Of a stretch of DNA of 64,000 bases, positions 20,480-30,740 are shown in pieces. The DNA comes from an uncultured delta proteobacterium (GTDB lineage Bacteria; Desulfobacterota; Binatia; UBA9968): positions 1,088,001 through 1,152,000 of the forward strand of contig CAVYTU010000017.1 of assembly GCA_963771465.1 (NCBI GenBank). Direction: 5' to 3'. The notes beneath the pieces were generated by a model. It ran no database searches. It was not told the origin of the DNA and saw only the letters and a program-made list of their open reading frames with translations. Numbering within the stretch: the first letter of the stretch is position 1; each line of letters begins with the position of its first letter. The position numbers and the translations under genes were made by a program.

Positions 20480-21001
20480 ATGGTGAACCGGGTGATTTTC
20501 TTATGTGGTGTGTTTGCTTGTGTTGCAATTGCGAATTCTGCTGAGCGGAATTGGCCTGGCGCGCCGCCGGATTGCTGGCAGGAAGCGCGCAACGTTCATG
20601 GCGGCGATTCTGCCGATATGTGGAAAATCAACACGGTCATTCGGAAACTCAAAGATGGCAAACTCAAACCTGGCGTTCATTCGCTCAATAGAGGTTATTT
20701 CTTTGTCGCCGAAGAAGGCCGGCCAAATGGCGTGGTGACTATCTTCGCGGAAAAATCTTATCTCATTCGCATCGAGTTTAGTCACCTCTTCGGTCTTTCA
20801 GAAGTAAAGTGGGTCAATGAGAAATTGCTATTCATGCGTCCCTGGTGGGGCCGGATTGCCGCGACGGATTTGATCTACGACGTCGAGGCGGAAAGGTTTA
20901 TCTACGCCGAAAGCGTCACAGATGCGTACTTGGCGTTGCAACAGTTTCGTGAAAGTTGCCCGGTGCACGGCTGTGAGTGTATCAAAAAGAAATTGGAGTA
21001 A
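20480..21001 (+). CDS. Hypothetical secreted protein
   Basis: GGAGG RBS, signal peptide, WVNEKLLF..WWGR. Confidence 0.6.
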   Translation: MVNRVIFLCGVFACVAIANSAERNWPGAPPDCWQEARNVHGGDSADMWKINTVIRKLKDGKLKPGVHSLNRGYFFVAEEGRPNGVVTIFAEKSYLIRIEFSHLFGLSEVKWVNEKLLFMRPWWGRIAATDLIYDVEAERFIYAESVTDAYLALQQFRESCPVHGCECIKKKLE

Positions 21002-21075
21002 TAGAGTGTTGAAATAATGGAGTACTGGGTTTCACTCCCCATGACTCCAATACTCATGACTCCAATAGCCCATTC
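20993..21075. repeat. TGGAGTA/TACTCCA-type short inverted repeat cluster
   Basis: ttggagtaat...atggagtactgg followed by gactccaatac...gactccaatag, between convergent genes. Confidence 0.6.
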
Positions 21076-21081
21076 CTCCCC

Positions 21082-21915
21082 TCACACCGCTATGGTTTGT
21101 CCGCCGTCGACGACCAGCGCGTGGCCAGTAACGAACGAAGCTTCATCGGAAACCAAAAAGAGTACGCCGTAGGCGATCTCTTCCGGGCGGCCCATTCGAA
21201 GCATTGCTTTGTTGCTGCTGCCCATCTTTTTTCTTTGCTCATCGGTCATGCCTTCGCCAAGCGTTGGCCGGGGTGGAAACCCCCTGAAGCGCGGTGTCTC
21301 GATGGCGCCCGGGCAAACGCAGTTGATGCGAATTCCCATCGGGCCGTAATCAATCGCCATCTCGCGAGTCAAATTGATGATCGCCGCTTTGGTCGCGCAG
21401 TAGCCGGGATATTCCGCCGACGCGAGCAGACCGAAGGTCGATGCGGTGGTTACCATGTTGCCGCTGCCTTGTTTGATAAACTGTGGCATGACTGCGCGTG
21501 CGCCGCGATACATCGCGTTGAGATTGGTGTTCAAGACGAAGTTCCATTCTTCGTCGGTGTGTTCGTGGATTTTTTTGCGAATGCCGGCGCCGGCGTTGTT
21601 GTAAAGAATATCGATCCTGCCGAACGAATCCAGCGCCGTTTTCACTGCGTGGTCTAAATCTTCCTGCTTAGTGACGTCGCAATTGGCGAAGATCGCCGCG
21701 CCGCCTTCCTTGTCCTTAATCAATTGATCGATGCGCGGCGCAATGGTTTCCTGAATATCGCAGCAAACTACTTTTGCTCCCTCGCGCGCGAACAAGCGCG
21801 CCGTCGCGCGGCCGATGCCGCTGTTGGCGCCGGTAATGATCGCGACTTTGTCTTTTAGCCGTCCGAGGCCGGGCCGAAGCATTTCGTGCTCGTCTTTCAA
21901 AATTATTTCCGCCAT
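21082..21915 (-). CDS. SDR family oxidoreductase
   Basis: TGANSGIG, NNAG, YCATK. Confidence 0.93.
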   Translation of the reverse strand: MAEIILKDEHEMLRPGLGRLKDKVAIITGANSGIGRATARLFAREGAKVVCCDIQETIAPRIDQLIKDKEGGAAIFANCDVTKQEDLDHAVKTALDSFGRIDILYNNAGAGIRKKIHEHTDEEWNFVLNTNLNAMYRGARAVMPQFIKQGSGNMVTTASTFGLLASAEYPGYCATKAAIINLTREMAIDYGPMGIRINCVCPGAIETPRFRGFPPRPTLGEGMTDEQRKKMGSSNKAMLRMGRPEEIAYGVLFLVSDEASFVTGHALVVDGGQTIAV

Positions 21916-21982
21916 AAGCTTTGTCTCCGTTGGTGAATTTGATCGCTATGGAGTACTGGCCCACGTCCTGTGAAGGATCGGA

Positions 21983-22969
21983 TTATTTTTTATACAGCTG
22001 CTTGATAAACCCGGATTTTTCCAGCTCGGCGACAAGGCTCAGATCGACATACGTTTTAGGATCGGCGGACGCCGCCTTAGGGTTCTTGGGCGCCATATCA
22101 TCAAGCATGGTTTTCACGCCATCGGCGGTTGGATAGGGGACTTCGGGAAACACGTTCGAATAGTCCTTGTACGCTCGCTCCAGGCCCTCGGGATCGGCGA
22201 CGCCGAGATTTTTCTTGAAGAGGCCCTTGGCATACTCCTTCTCGGTTTTGATGATATGGATCGCCTCGATCATGGCGCGGGTCAGTTTTAGCATAAGCGG
22301 CCTTTTGGTTTTGACGATGGCTTCCCGGCTGAGGATGCCGTTCCACCAGAAGGGGATCTTGAGATCGGTGATGTTGTAAAGATTGCGAAAGCCGAGTTTT
22401 TCCGCCTGGGTCAGGAAAGGTTCCGGTATGATGGTGAACTGAGTTACGCCCTTTGAAAGTGCCGCGAATCTTTCGGCGGTGCCTCCCGTGGGAATAATCT
22501 TCACATCCTTGTCCGGGTCAACCCCAAGTTTTCTCAGCGCCAGCCGCAATCCTAGATCAGACGTGCTGCCCAGGCGATTGACACCGGCTGTTTTGCCCTT
22601 GAGTTGTTCGACTGCGGTAACGTTCGACAATGAGACAATGTGGTCGACGAACGTAGGAACCACGCCTACGATCATCACCGTGTCGGCGCCGGCGAGGCGC
22701 GAGCTCGTTAGCGTCGTCACTGAAATGCTCGCCGCGTCGATTTCATTTGCCAGTAGCGCTTGCAGCACGGTCGGGCTGGCGTTGATCGCGATGATTTCCG
22801 GCGTCACGCCTTGTTTCTGCATGAGCTTGCGGTCTTCGATGACCCAGATCGGACTGTTGGTCGGGCTGAAGCCAGCCCATGCCAGGCGTAATCTTTCCTG
22901 AGCGCCGGCAAATGGTAATTGCGCGGTCATGGCGAGAGTGCCGGCGAGAGCGAAGATGACTCTATTCAT
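21983..22969 (-). CDS. NMT1/SsuA-type ABC substrate-binding protein
   Basis: Signal peptide, LKGKTAGVNRLGSTSD, ELEKSGFI; paralog of 15941 and 30732. Confidence 0.85.
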   Translation of the reverse strand: MNRVIFALAGTLAMTAQLPFAGAQERLRLAWAGFSPTNSPIWVIEDRKLMQKQGVTPEIIAINASPTVLQALLANEIDAASISVTTLTSSRLAGADTVMIVGVVPTFVDHIVSLSNVTAVEQLKGKTAGVNRLGSTSDLGLRLALRKLGVDPDKDVKIIPTGGTAERFAALSKGVTQFTIIPEPFLTQAEKLGFRNLYNITDLKIPFWWNGILSREAIVKTKRPLMLKLTRAMIEAIHIIKTEKEYAKGLFKKNLGVADPEGLERAYKDYSNVFPEVPYPTADGVKTMLDDMAPKNPKAASADPKTYVDLSLVAELEKSGFIKQLYKK

Positions 22970-23139
22970 TGCGATTCCTCCTGAACGGTTAGACGCCAGA
23001 CGTTACCCCGTGAGCGCTTCGAGATCAACAAATAAGACGACTGGTTCGCGCCCGATTACATTGACTCAATATTTCAATTGGTATACCTAAGAGCGGGCTC
23101 CGGAACGAGTCCGGTTTATGGCTAATAGGGCACTATCCT

Positions 23140-23310
23140 CGCGGTTAGGAAAGCCAGTCTCAAAAGTACCTCTTCCATATGGACAATGCCGACTACCCAA
23201 TAGCCGAAAGCGGTCAAAGACTATGGCGTGCGGCTAAGAAGCTGGAAAACCTTTACGTAGCCTGAAGCCGGCAATGCGGCCAACGTCTAAGTATTGAGGC
23301 TATAGCCGCG
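23140..23310 (+). ncRNA. Candidate multi-stem structured RNA / leader upstream of the TctC gene
   Basis: Nested pairings: 23140-47/23303-10, 23156-63/23294-301, 23201-06/23231-36, 23212-15/23219-22, 23267-70/23277-80. Confidence 0.5.
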
Positions 23311-23357
23311 CTTTCACTATTAAAAAGAACCAGGCAACGGGGGATTTGAACAAGGAT

Positions 23358-24440
23358 ATGATTCTGAGAAATTGGTTCCTAGCACTCAATCTAGCTATAG
23401 CTTTGCTCGCCCAGTCGGCGACCGCTGCCCAGCCGGCGGCGCCCAAAGCGGCCTTCGATGAAAAAGCGGTGGCGGACTTCTATCGGGGCAAGACCGTGAG
23501 AATCGTCGTCGGCTTCTCCGCCGGCGGCGGCTACGATCAATATTCCCGCGTGATCGGCCGTCATCTGTCCAAACATATCCCTGGCAACCCCAACGTGCTG
23601 GTCGACAACATGCCCGGCGTCGGCAGCATCATCGCCGCCAATCACCTCTATAACGCCGCTCCCAAAGACGGCACCGTGGTGGCAAACATCTCCGGTCCGA
23701 TCGTTCTCGAGCAGCTGTTTGGCGCGCCGTCGGTACAGTTCGATATGGCGAAGTTTCGCTATCTCGCGGTGCCGGTGAGCGAAAGCTACCTGATGATTGT
23801 CCATAAGCGAACTGGCATCACGAGGTTCGACGACCTGCGCGGCGACAAGGGCAAACAGGTGACTTTCGGAGCTATTCCCGGTTCAACCGTCGAACACGCG
23901 CCGATCATGGTCAAGGAAGCGCTCAACCTTAATCTCAAAATCGTTTCCGGCTACAAAGGGACGGCAGACGTTCGCTTGGCTCTCGATAGCGGCGAAGTCG
24001 ATGGCTTCTTCAATACCTGGACATCGTCGAAAGTCACTTCAATCGACAAGGTGAAGAGCGGCGAGTGGGTGCTATTGGCACAGTTGACGGAAAAACCGAT
24101 GAAGGACCTAATCGTGTCCAATGTCCCCACGATTCAGCAGATCTCTCGCTCCGAGGAGCAGCGCATGCTGCTTAAGTTTGGCACGAGCACACCCAATGAC
24201 TTCGGCAAGGTTTATGTTTTGCCGCCCGGTGTTCCAGTCGAGCGGGCCGCGGCGCTCGAAAGCGCGTTCGCGAAAGTATTCAAAGACAAGGAGCTGATCG
24301 CCGAGGCCGACAAAGGCCGGTTGGAAATCGATCCGCTGATCGGCAACACGATAACCAAGCTCGTGACCGAATTCCTCGGCATGCCGAGCGATGTGAAGAA
24401 TAAATTGCAAACTGTGCTTAAAACGCCGGTAAAGAGGTAA
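23358..24440 (+). CDS. Tripartite tricarboxylate transporter substrate-binding protein (Bug/TctC)
   Basis: FYRGKTVRIVVGFSAGGGYD, IPGNP, NMPG, PKDG, GYKG..LAL.SGEVDG. Confidence 0.9.
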   Translation: MILRNWFLALNLAIALLAQSATAAQPAAPKAAFDEKAVADFYRGKTVRIVVGFSAGGGYDQYSRVIGRHLSKHIPGNPNVLVDNMPGVGSIIAANHLYNAAPKDGTVVANISGPIVLEQLFGAPSVQFDMAKFRYLAVPVSESYLMIVHKRTGITRFDDLRGDKGKQVTFGAIPGSTVEHAPIMVKEALNLNLKIVSGYKGTADVRLALDSGEVDGFFNTWTSSKVTSIDKVKSGEWVLLAQLTEKPMKDLIVSNVPTIQQISRSEEQRMLLKFGTSTPNDFGKVYVLPPGVPVERAAALESAFAKVFKDKELIAEADKGRLEIDPLIGNTITKLVTEFLGMPSDVKNKLQTVLKTPVKR

Positions 24441-24484
24441 GGCATCTTCAAGAGTAACGTTGCAGTCGCAATAGGAGGTTCACG

Positions 24485-25498
24485 ATGATTCAAAGGATTC
24501 GATGGCTATTCGCGGCCCTTATCGTTCTTATGATTTTCGGGCCGTCAACGATTTCGGCGCAAACGGAAACAATCTTGGAACTTTACAAGAAAGCACTCAA
24601 AGAAGAAGGAGTGCTCAACTGCTATTGCTCCCTGGCGCAAATCAATGCCGAGAAGATTTATCCGGTTTTTGAAAAGCGCTTTCCTGGAATCAAAATCAAC
24701 CACGTAGACGCCACTTCGGACAAGCTGTCAGCGCGCGCCATCACCGAAGCTAGAGGCGGCAAAACCATCGCAGACATAGTCGAATTCGGCCTGGAAGACA
24801 TCAACAAGATTTACGAGCAGCAGCTTATCTTGGAAAAGGCTCCGCCAGAAGCGGCCGAATATCCGGCAAATCTGAAAGGATCGTACTGGGTTGCCAACAA
24901 TCTGATCTTTTTCGTCGGCGCATGGAACACGGACAAGGTGAAAAAAGGCGAAGAGCCAAAATTTCTCGATGATTTCGGTGATCCGAGATGGAAAGGGCGG
25001 CTCATTGCTGAACCCAGGGACTACGAGATTCTCATCGGTCTCACCCATAAGCATAAGGACTTAGAGAAGGCCCGTGCCATCCTTGCGCGCATCGCTGCGA
25101 ATAATGTTGAATTCCACAAAGGCCATTCGCAGCTCGCCGAGTTCTTAGTCGCGGGCCAAGCGGCGGCGTGTTTCACCTGCTATTCCCATCACTATCCCGA
25201 ACGCAAAAGAAAAGGCGCGCCGGTAGATTTTATGCTCTCGGAAGGCGCGGCCGGCATCATCGCCGTCGCGGTGTTGAAAAATGCGCCTCATCCCAATACC
25301 GCGTGGCTCTTCGCTCGTTGGGCCGCCTCGGCGGACGGACAGAAAGTTTATTCCGAGGGCGGCCGCACCCCCGCTCATCCAAAGGTTGAGCCCACGGAAA
25401 AAATTCGGCCCAAGGCGATTTACGCCGTCGGCGTCGAGGATCTGAAGCAATATTCAAAGTATGAAAAAATTTGGAAAGAAGTTTTCAAGCTGAGATAG
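24485..25498 (+). CDS. ABC substrate-binding protein, Fe(III)/thiamine/spermidine cluster (paralog 1)
   Basis: FEKRFPGIK, DPRWKG, APHPN; upstream of the permease and ATPase. Confidence 0.85.
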   Translation: MIQRIRWLFAALIVLMIFGPSTISAQTETILELYKKALKEEGVLNCYCSLAQINAEKIYPVFEKRFPGIKINHVDATSDKLSARAITEARGGKTIADIVEFGLEDINKIYEQQLILEKAPPEAAEYPANLKGSYWVANNLIFFVGAWNTDKVKKGEEPKFLDDFGDPRWKGRLIAEPRDYEILIGLTHKHKDLEKARAILARIAANNVEFHKGHSQLAEFLVAGQAAACFTCYSHHYPERKRKGAPVDFMLSEGAAGIIAVAVLKNAPHPNTAWLFARWAASADGQKVYSEGGRTPAHPKVEPTEKIRPKAIYAVGVEDLKQYSKYEKIWKEVFKLR

Positions 25499-25528
25499 CG
25501 GTTCCTATTACGACCAAAAGCGGAGGAA

Positions 25529-26539
25529 ATGATGAAAATTTTTGGCAAACTAACTTTCGGAGCAATCTTGTTAGCATTGACGACTGCGGCCAATGTCGGC
25601 GCGCAGTCGCTCGACGAGCTGCATAAGCTGGCGCTCAAAGAGGGCGGCGTGGTGAACTTCTACGCCACTCTGGCGCAGCTCAACGCCGAGAAAATATTAC
25701 CGGTATTCGAGAAGCGTTTTCCCGGAATGAAAGTGAATCATGTCGACGCGACGGCCGACAAGCTCGCCGCGCGGGCGATTACCGAAGCGCGCGGCGGGCG
25801 GGTAATTAGCGACCTGTTTCAGATGGCTCTGGAAAACGTTTTGCAGGTAAGCGAACAAAAACTCCTGGTCGATCGGTTGCCGCCGGAAGCGGCCGACTAT
25901 CCGGCGACGCTCAAGTCGGCCAATTGGTTGGCCGCGGATCTGGTGATTATCATCGGTTCGTGGAACACGGGACTGGTCAAGAAAGAAGACGAACCCAAAC
26001 AGTTCGACGATTTTGCCGATCCCAAATGGAAAGGCAAATTGATCGCCGAGGCGCGTGACGTGGAATTGCTGATCGGGTTGGCACGGCATAAATATAAAAA
26101 CGATGAGAAAGCTTTCGACTTTCTGCGCAGGTTGGCGGCTAATAATATTGAGTTTCACAAAGGTCACTCGGAGCTTGCCGAGTTTCTCACCGCGGGCCAA
26201 GCCGCCGCCTGTGTGACCTGTTACGCGCACCACTATCCACCGCGCATCAAGAAGGGCGCGCCGCTGAACTACATGCGCAACGAAGGCGTTGCGACCATCA
26301 CTGCCAACGCGCTGGCCAAGGATGCGCCCCACCCCAACGCAGCCTGGCTTTTCTATCGCTGGTCGGCCAGCGAAGAAGGGCAGAAGGCTTATGCGGCCGG
26401 GGGACGCTTGCCGCCCCATCCGAAAGTAGAGCCGGTGGAGAAGATTCGACCGGCGACGATCTATCCGATCGGCACCGAAGAAATCAAAGAGTGGCGGCGC
26501 TATGAAAAGAGCTGGAAGGAGATATTCAAGCTGCGTTAG
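25529..26539 (+). CDS. ABC substrate-binding protein (paralog 2)
   Basis: Same motifs as paralog 1. Confidence 0.85.
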   Translation: MMKIFGKLTFGAILLALTTAANVGAQSLDELHKLALKEGGVVNFYATLAQLNAEKILPVFEKRFPGMKVNHVDATADKLAARAITEARGGRVISDLFQMALENVLQVSEQKLLVDRLPPEAADYPATLKSANWLAADLVIIIGSWNTGLVKKEDEPKQFDDFADPKWKGKLIAEARDVELLIGLARHKYKNDEKAFDFLRRLAANNIEFHKGHSELAEFLTAGQAAACVTCYAHHYPPRIKKGAPLNYMRNEGVATITANALAKDAPHPNAAWLFYRWSASEEGQKAYAAGGRLPPHPKVEPVEKIRPATIYPIGTEEIKEWRRYEKSWKEIFKLR

Positions 26540-26619
26540 GAGCGGCTTGACTCCGTAATTGAAGCTGATATCACCGTTGCACCGGAGTTGCCGGCATAGA
26601 TTTTCTGGAGGTTTCTTAG

Positions 26620-27633
26620 ATGTCTCGCGTTGTTTTACTAGTTTTCAGCACACTGATGATTGCCGGCATTATCGGTAGTTACGCGCCGGCGCGCGCCCAA
26701 TCCCTCGACGAATTGCATAAGGCGGCGCTCAAGGAAGGCGGCGGGCTCAACTTCTACGGTACTCTGGCGCAGATCAATGCCGAGATCATCCTGCCGCTCT
26801 TCGAGAAGCGCTTCCCCGGCATCAAAGTCAATCATGTCGATGCGACTTCGGACAAGCTGGTGGCGCGGGCCGTGAGTGAAGCGCGCGGTGGCAAGACCAT
26901 CGGCGATGTCTTGCAAGTGCCGCTGGAAAACGTGGTTCAGCTCCACGATCAGGGATTGTTACTCGACGTGGCTTTGCCGGAATCGGCAGCGTATCCCGAC
27001 GGATTAAAAGGCTCCTTCTGGACCTCCTCGGATTTGCAGTATTTTGTCGCTGCGTGGAATACCTCGCTGGTCAAGAAAGAAGAGGAGCCCAAGACATTCG
27101 ATGATTTCGTCAATCCGCGCTGGAAGAATCGCTTGATTGCCGAACCGCGCGACCTGGAGATGCTTCTATCCTTCGCCAAGTACCGCTTCAAGAGCGATGA
27201 AAAAGCGATCGACTATTGGAGGAAGGTTGCGGCGAACAATGTCGAATTTCACAAGGGCCATTCACAACTAGCCGAGCTCCTGGTTGCCGGTCAAGCCGCC
27301 GTCTGTCTGACCTGCTACTCGCACCACTATCCGATTCGCATCAAGAAGGGCGCGCCGGTAAATTACATGCTGAGCGAAGGCGTCGCGTCGATTAATGGCA
27401 CGGCGGTGTTTAAGAATTCGCCGCACCCGAATACGGCGTTGCTGTTCGCGCGTTGGGTGGCGAGCGAGGCAGGGCAGAAAGTGATGGCTCAGGGCGGGCG
27501 CAACCCGGCCCATCCCAAGGTCGATCCGGTCGATAAGACCAAGACGGAGAAAACCTACTTTATTACGGCAGCCGATCTAAAAGAGTTTCCCAAGTACGAG
27601 AAAATTTGGAAAGAAATTTTTAAGTTACGTTGA
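26620..27633 (+). CDS. ABC substrate-binding protein (paralog 3)
   Basis: Same motifs as paralog 1. Confidence 0.85.
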   Translation: MSRVVLLVFSTLMIAGIIGSYAPARAQSLDELHKAALKEGGGLNFYGTLAQINAEIILPLFEKRFPGIKVNHVDATSDKLVARAVSEARGGKTIGDVLQVPLENVVQLHDQGLLLDVALPESAAYPDGLKGSFWTSSDLQYFVAAWNTSLVKKEEEPKTFDDFVNPRWKNRLIAEPRDLEMLLSFAKYRFKSDEKAIDYWRKVAANNVEFHKGHSQLAELLVAGQAAVCLTCYSHHYPIRIKKGAPVNYMLSEGVASINGTAVFKNSPHPNTALLFARWVASEAGQKVMAQGGRNPAHPKVDPVDKTKTEKTYFITAADLKEFPKYEKIWKEIFKLR

Positions 27634-27674
27634 GTCGTGATTAGTTCAGGACCGCAAAGCCTTATCGTAGCCCC

Positions 27675-29405
27675 ATGGCCACAGCGACAATAGCTAGAGA
27701 CGCGAGCCCGAGCACGTCAAAATTCGCAGATCCGGCGCTGCTGGTGCCGATCGTTGGCGCTGGCGTACTGATCTATCTAGCGGTGCTGCCGTTGTTTATG
27801 CTCTTGATTGGCAGCTTCCAGGCAGAAGTGGGGCCGCGGGAGTTCGTCTACACGCTGAAGAACTACCAAAACGCCTACGCCAGCGAACACACCTATTCGA
27901 CATTCATGAACTCGCTCATTTTCGCGTCGGGTTCAGCGGTGATGACGTTTCTTTTTGGGACGATGTTGGCTTGGCTTACCGAACGCACCAATACGCCTTG
28001 GCGGAGCTTATTCGTACCCGTTGCCGTCGTGCCGTTGATTCTTCCCGGCGTGTTGGAGTCGATTGCCTGGATTTTTCTGCTCAGTCCCAAGTTTGGTTAT
28101 CTCAACGTCTGGTTGATGCAGTTGTTCGGCATCCAGTCGCCGCCGTTCAATGTCTTTTCTCTGCCCGGCATGATCTGGGTGCATTCGGTGGGGCAGGTGC
28201 CGTTGGCCTTCTTAATAATGACGGCGGCTTTCAAATCGATGGACCCTTCGCTGGAAGAGTCGGCGATGATGTCCGGGGCCAATACTTGGCAGACTTTTAA
28301 GCGTGTGACCTTGCGCTTGCTGATGCCGACAGCCGGTTCCGTCATGCTCATATTATTCGTCCGAACTCTCGAATCGTTCGAGACCCCGGCATTGATCGGT
28401 ATTCCGGCGCGCATTTACGTCTATACCAGTGAAATCTTTCTCGCCTTCAATGAATATCCGCCCGACTACGGCCGCGGCGGCGCGCTTGCCGTCGGCTTGC
28501 TGCTGCTGAGCGCCGTCGGCGTGTGGCTCTACACGCGGGCGACCAAAGAAGGCAAAAAATTTCAAACTGTAACGGGAAAAGCGTTTCGCCCGCGGCAGTT
28601 CGATCTCGGTCCTTGGCGGTGGGTGGGTTTTTCTTTTCTCATGGTCTATTTCATTTTCGTGGTTCTACTGCCGTTCTTGGTTCTTTTCTGGGCGTCGTTT
28701 CTGCCATTTTTCGCGGCGCCGAGCTGGTCCGCGCTCGATAAGCTGAGCTTGGACAATTACCGTTACTTGTCGACCTTCCGGCCATTTTGGGAGGCGATGA
28801 AAAATAGCATCATATTGGCGACGTTCACCGCGACCATAGCGATGGTTCTGACATCGCTGGTCGCCTGGATCGTCTACAAGAGCAAACTGCGCGGCGCGTG
28901 GATACTCGACTTTCTCGCCTTCGTGCCGATCACGATCCCCGGTATCGTCATGGGTATGGCACTTATCCTCTTGTACGTTGCTTTCCCGGTTCCGATCTAC
29001 GGTACGATTTGGATGCTCTTGATCGCTTACGTGACGCGCTTCATTCCCTACGGCATGCGTTCATCATCCGGATCTATTTTACAAATTCACAGCGAGCTCG
29101 AAGAAGCGGCTGCGGCTTCCGGTGCTTCGTGGTGGGAAACGTTCAAACGAGTGACTCTGCCGCTGCTTCGTCCTGGTTTCGTCGCCGGCTGGATTTATAT
29201 CTGCATCGTGTCGTTCAGAGAGTTTTCCACCTCCGTCCTGCTCGCCACCGGCGAAAGCCGCGTGCTGTCGATTTTGCTTTTCACCATGTTCGAGCAAGGC
29301 CAAGTGACCATTGTGGCGGCAATCGGCATCTTAATGATCGTCACATTGCTGAGCGTGGTGGGAATATTCTATAAACTCACTGGCAAAGTGGGCATACAAA
29401 CATAA
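27675..29405 (+). CDS. ABC permease, duplicated domain (FbpB-like)
   Basis: Two EAA loops (LEESAMMSGA, LEEAAAASGA) and about 12 TM segments. Confidence 0.92.
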   Translation: MATATIARDASPSTSKFADPALLVPIVGAGVLIYLAVLPLFMLLIGSFQAEVGPREFVYTLKNYQNAYASEHTYSTFMNSLIFASGSAVMTFLFGTMLAWLTERTNTPWRSLFVPVAVVPLILPGVLESIAWIFLLSPKFGYLNVWLMQLFGIQSPPFNVFSLPGMIWVHSVGQVPLAFLIMTAAFKSMDPSLEESAMMSGANTWQTFKRVTLRLLMPTAGSVMLILFVRTLESFETPALIGIPARIYVYTSEIFLAFNEYPPDYGRGGALAVGLLLLSAVGVWLYTRATKEGKKFQTVTGKAFRPRQFDLGPWRWVGFSFLMVYFIFVVLLPFLVLFWASFLPFFAAPSWSALDKLSLDNYRYLSTFRPFWEAMKNSIILATFTATIAMVLTSLVAWIVYKSKLRGAWILDFLAFVPITIPGIVMGMALILLYVAFPVPIYGTIWMLLIAYVTRFIPYGMRSSSGSILQIHSELEEAAAASGASWWETFKRVTLPLLRPGFVAGWIYICIVSFREFSTSVLLATGESRVLSILLFTMFEQGQVTIVAAIGILMIVTLLSVVGIFYKLTGKVGIQT

Positions 29406-29411
29406 AAGAAC

Positions 29412-29489
29412 GGTTCAAATCGTTCAAACCGTTCAAGCCGTTCAACGTTAACTCTTTGAACGGAGCGAAGCGGTTGAACGGTTTGAACC
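29412..29489. repeat. 9-bp CGTTCAAAC-type repeat, inverted arrangement
   Basis: ggttcaaat cgttcaaac cgttcaagc cgttcaacg ... ttgaacgg...ggttgaacg gtttgaacc. Confidence 0.8.
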
Positions 29490-29499
29490 AAGAGAAAAT

Positions 29500-30603
29500 A
29501 TGATCGAAGTTAAGTCACTGGTTAAAATCTACGAAGACGGCTCAAATGCCGGCGTGACGGCCGTCAATGAAATTTCCTTTACGGTTGAAGAGGGACGATT
29601 CTATACCTTGCTCGGCCCTTCGGGTTGCGGCAAGACAACCACGCTGCGCTGCATCGCCGGGTTGGAGAAGGCCAATGGTGGCGAGATCCTCGTCGCGGGA
29701 AACAAAGTCTATTCGGCGCACGATAACACTTACGTTCCGGCGTACCGCCGGCCCATCGGTATGGTGTTTCAAAGCTACGCGATTTGGCCGCATCTTACCG
29801 TATTCGAAAACGTCGCCTTTCCGCTGCGCGTGGGGAAACAGAAAGTCAGTAACGCCGACGTTAAAAAGAAAGTTTCCACGGCTCTCGAACAGGTTGAATT
29901 AGCCGGCTATGAAGAACGGATGGCGACTCAACTATCAGGCGGGCAGCAGCAGCGCCTTGCGCTCGCCCGCGCGTTGGTGCGCGAGCCGCTGGTGCTGTTG
30001 CTCGACGAGCCGCTCAGCAACCTCGACGCCAAGCTGCGCGAGCGCATGCGCTTCGAGCTCCGTGAACTACAGCGCCGCCTGCGCATCACGACGTTGTACG
30101 TAACCCACGATCAGATCGAAGCGCTGTCGATGTCCAACGTCATCGCCGTCATGAACTCCGGCGTGATCGTTCAGGAGGGCGCTCCGCGGGATATCTATTT
30201 GCAACCGAAGACCAAGTTCGTCGCCAATTTCATCGGCTCGACCAACCAGATGACCGGCCAGGTGACCAAGCTGGAAGGAAACGGCACAGCGACGGTTCGC
30301 ACCGACGACGGCGAGATCTCTTGCGGCATCCTTGATGGCTTGACTGCCGGCAGCAAGGTGGTTGTCGTGGTGCGACCTGAGAGTATTAACCTGCACCAGC
30401 AGCAGCCAACCAACGGTTCGAACGTTATCGCGGGTAAAATCGGCGCCGCCATGTTTTTGGGTGAATACGTCGACTGCACGATTGAACTCGGCAATAACAT
30501 TCTGCAGACCCATCAGCGCTACACCTTGCAAGTGCGCCGCGGCGACCCGGTTTGGGTAGAGTTGCCGGCGGGCGAATGCATGGCGCTGCCCGCGGAACAG
30601 TGA
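29500..30603 (+). CDS. ABC ATP-binding protein (FbpC/PotA-like, TOBE domain)
   Basis: GPSGCGKT, LSGGQQQR, LLLDEPLSNLD. Confidence 0.95.
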   Translation: MIEVKSLVKIYEDGSNAGVTAVNEISFTVEEGRFYTLLGPSGCGKTTTLRCIAGLEKANGGEILVAGNKVYSAHDNTYVPAYRRPIGMVFQSYAIWPHLTVFENVAFPLRVGKQKVSNADVKKKVSTALEQVELAGYEERMATQLSGGQQQRLALARALVREPLVLLLDEPLSNLDAKLRERMRFELRELQRRLRITTLYVTHDQIEALSMSNVIAVMNSGVIVQEGAPRDIYLQPKTKFVANFIGSTNQMTGQVTKLEGNGTATVRTDDGEISCGILDGLTAGSKVVVVVRPESINLHQQQPTNGSNVIAGKIGAAMFLGEYVDCTIELGNNILQTHQRYTLQVRRGDPVWVELPAGECMALPAEQ

Positions 30604-30740
30604 TCAAGACCGGCGCGCCGTTCCGCTAGTCCGAAACGCTTTTCTCGCCTTGTTGATTCATTGATCGCTGTTGAGTTAAATCAAGATACAGTTGCATCCG
30701 CTCGCTGTGTGAGGGATTCGAAGCAGGAGGTTTGTTGGGC

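Noticed and set aside
23140-23310. Known riboswitch (TPP, cobalamin, SAM, glycine, c-di-GMP, Moco), tmRNA, RNase P or group I intron
   Set aside because: The signature sequences are absent or out of order; kept only as an unclassified structured RNA candidate.
763-29489. CRISPR array from the GTTCAA repeats
   Set aside because: The units are 9 bp with no unique spacers, and there are no cas genes.
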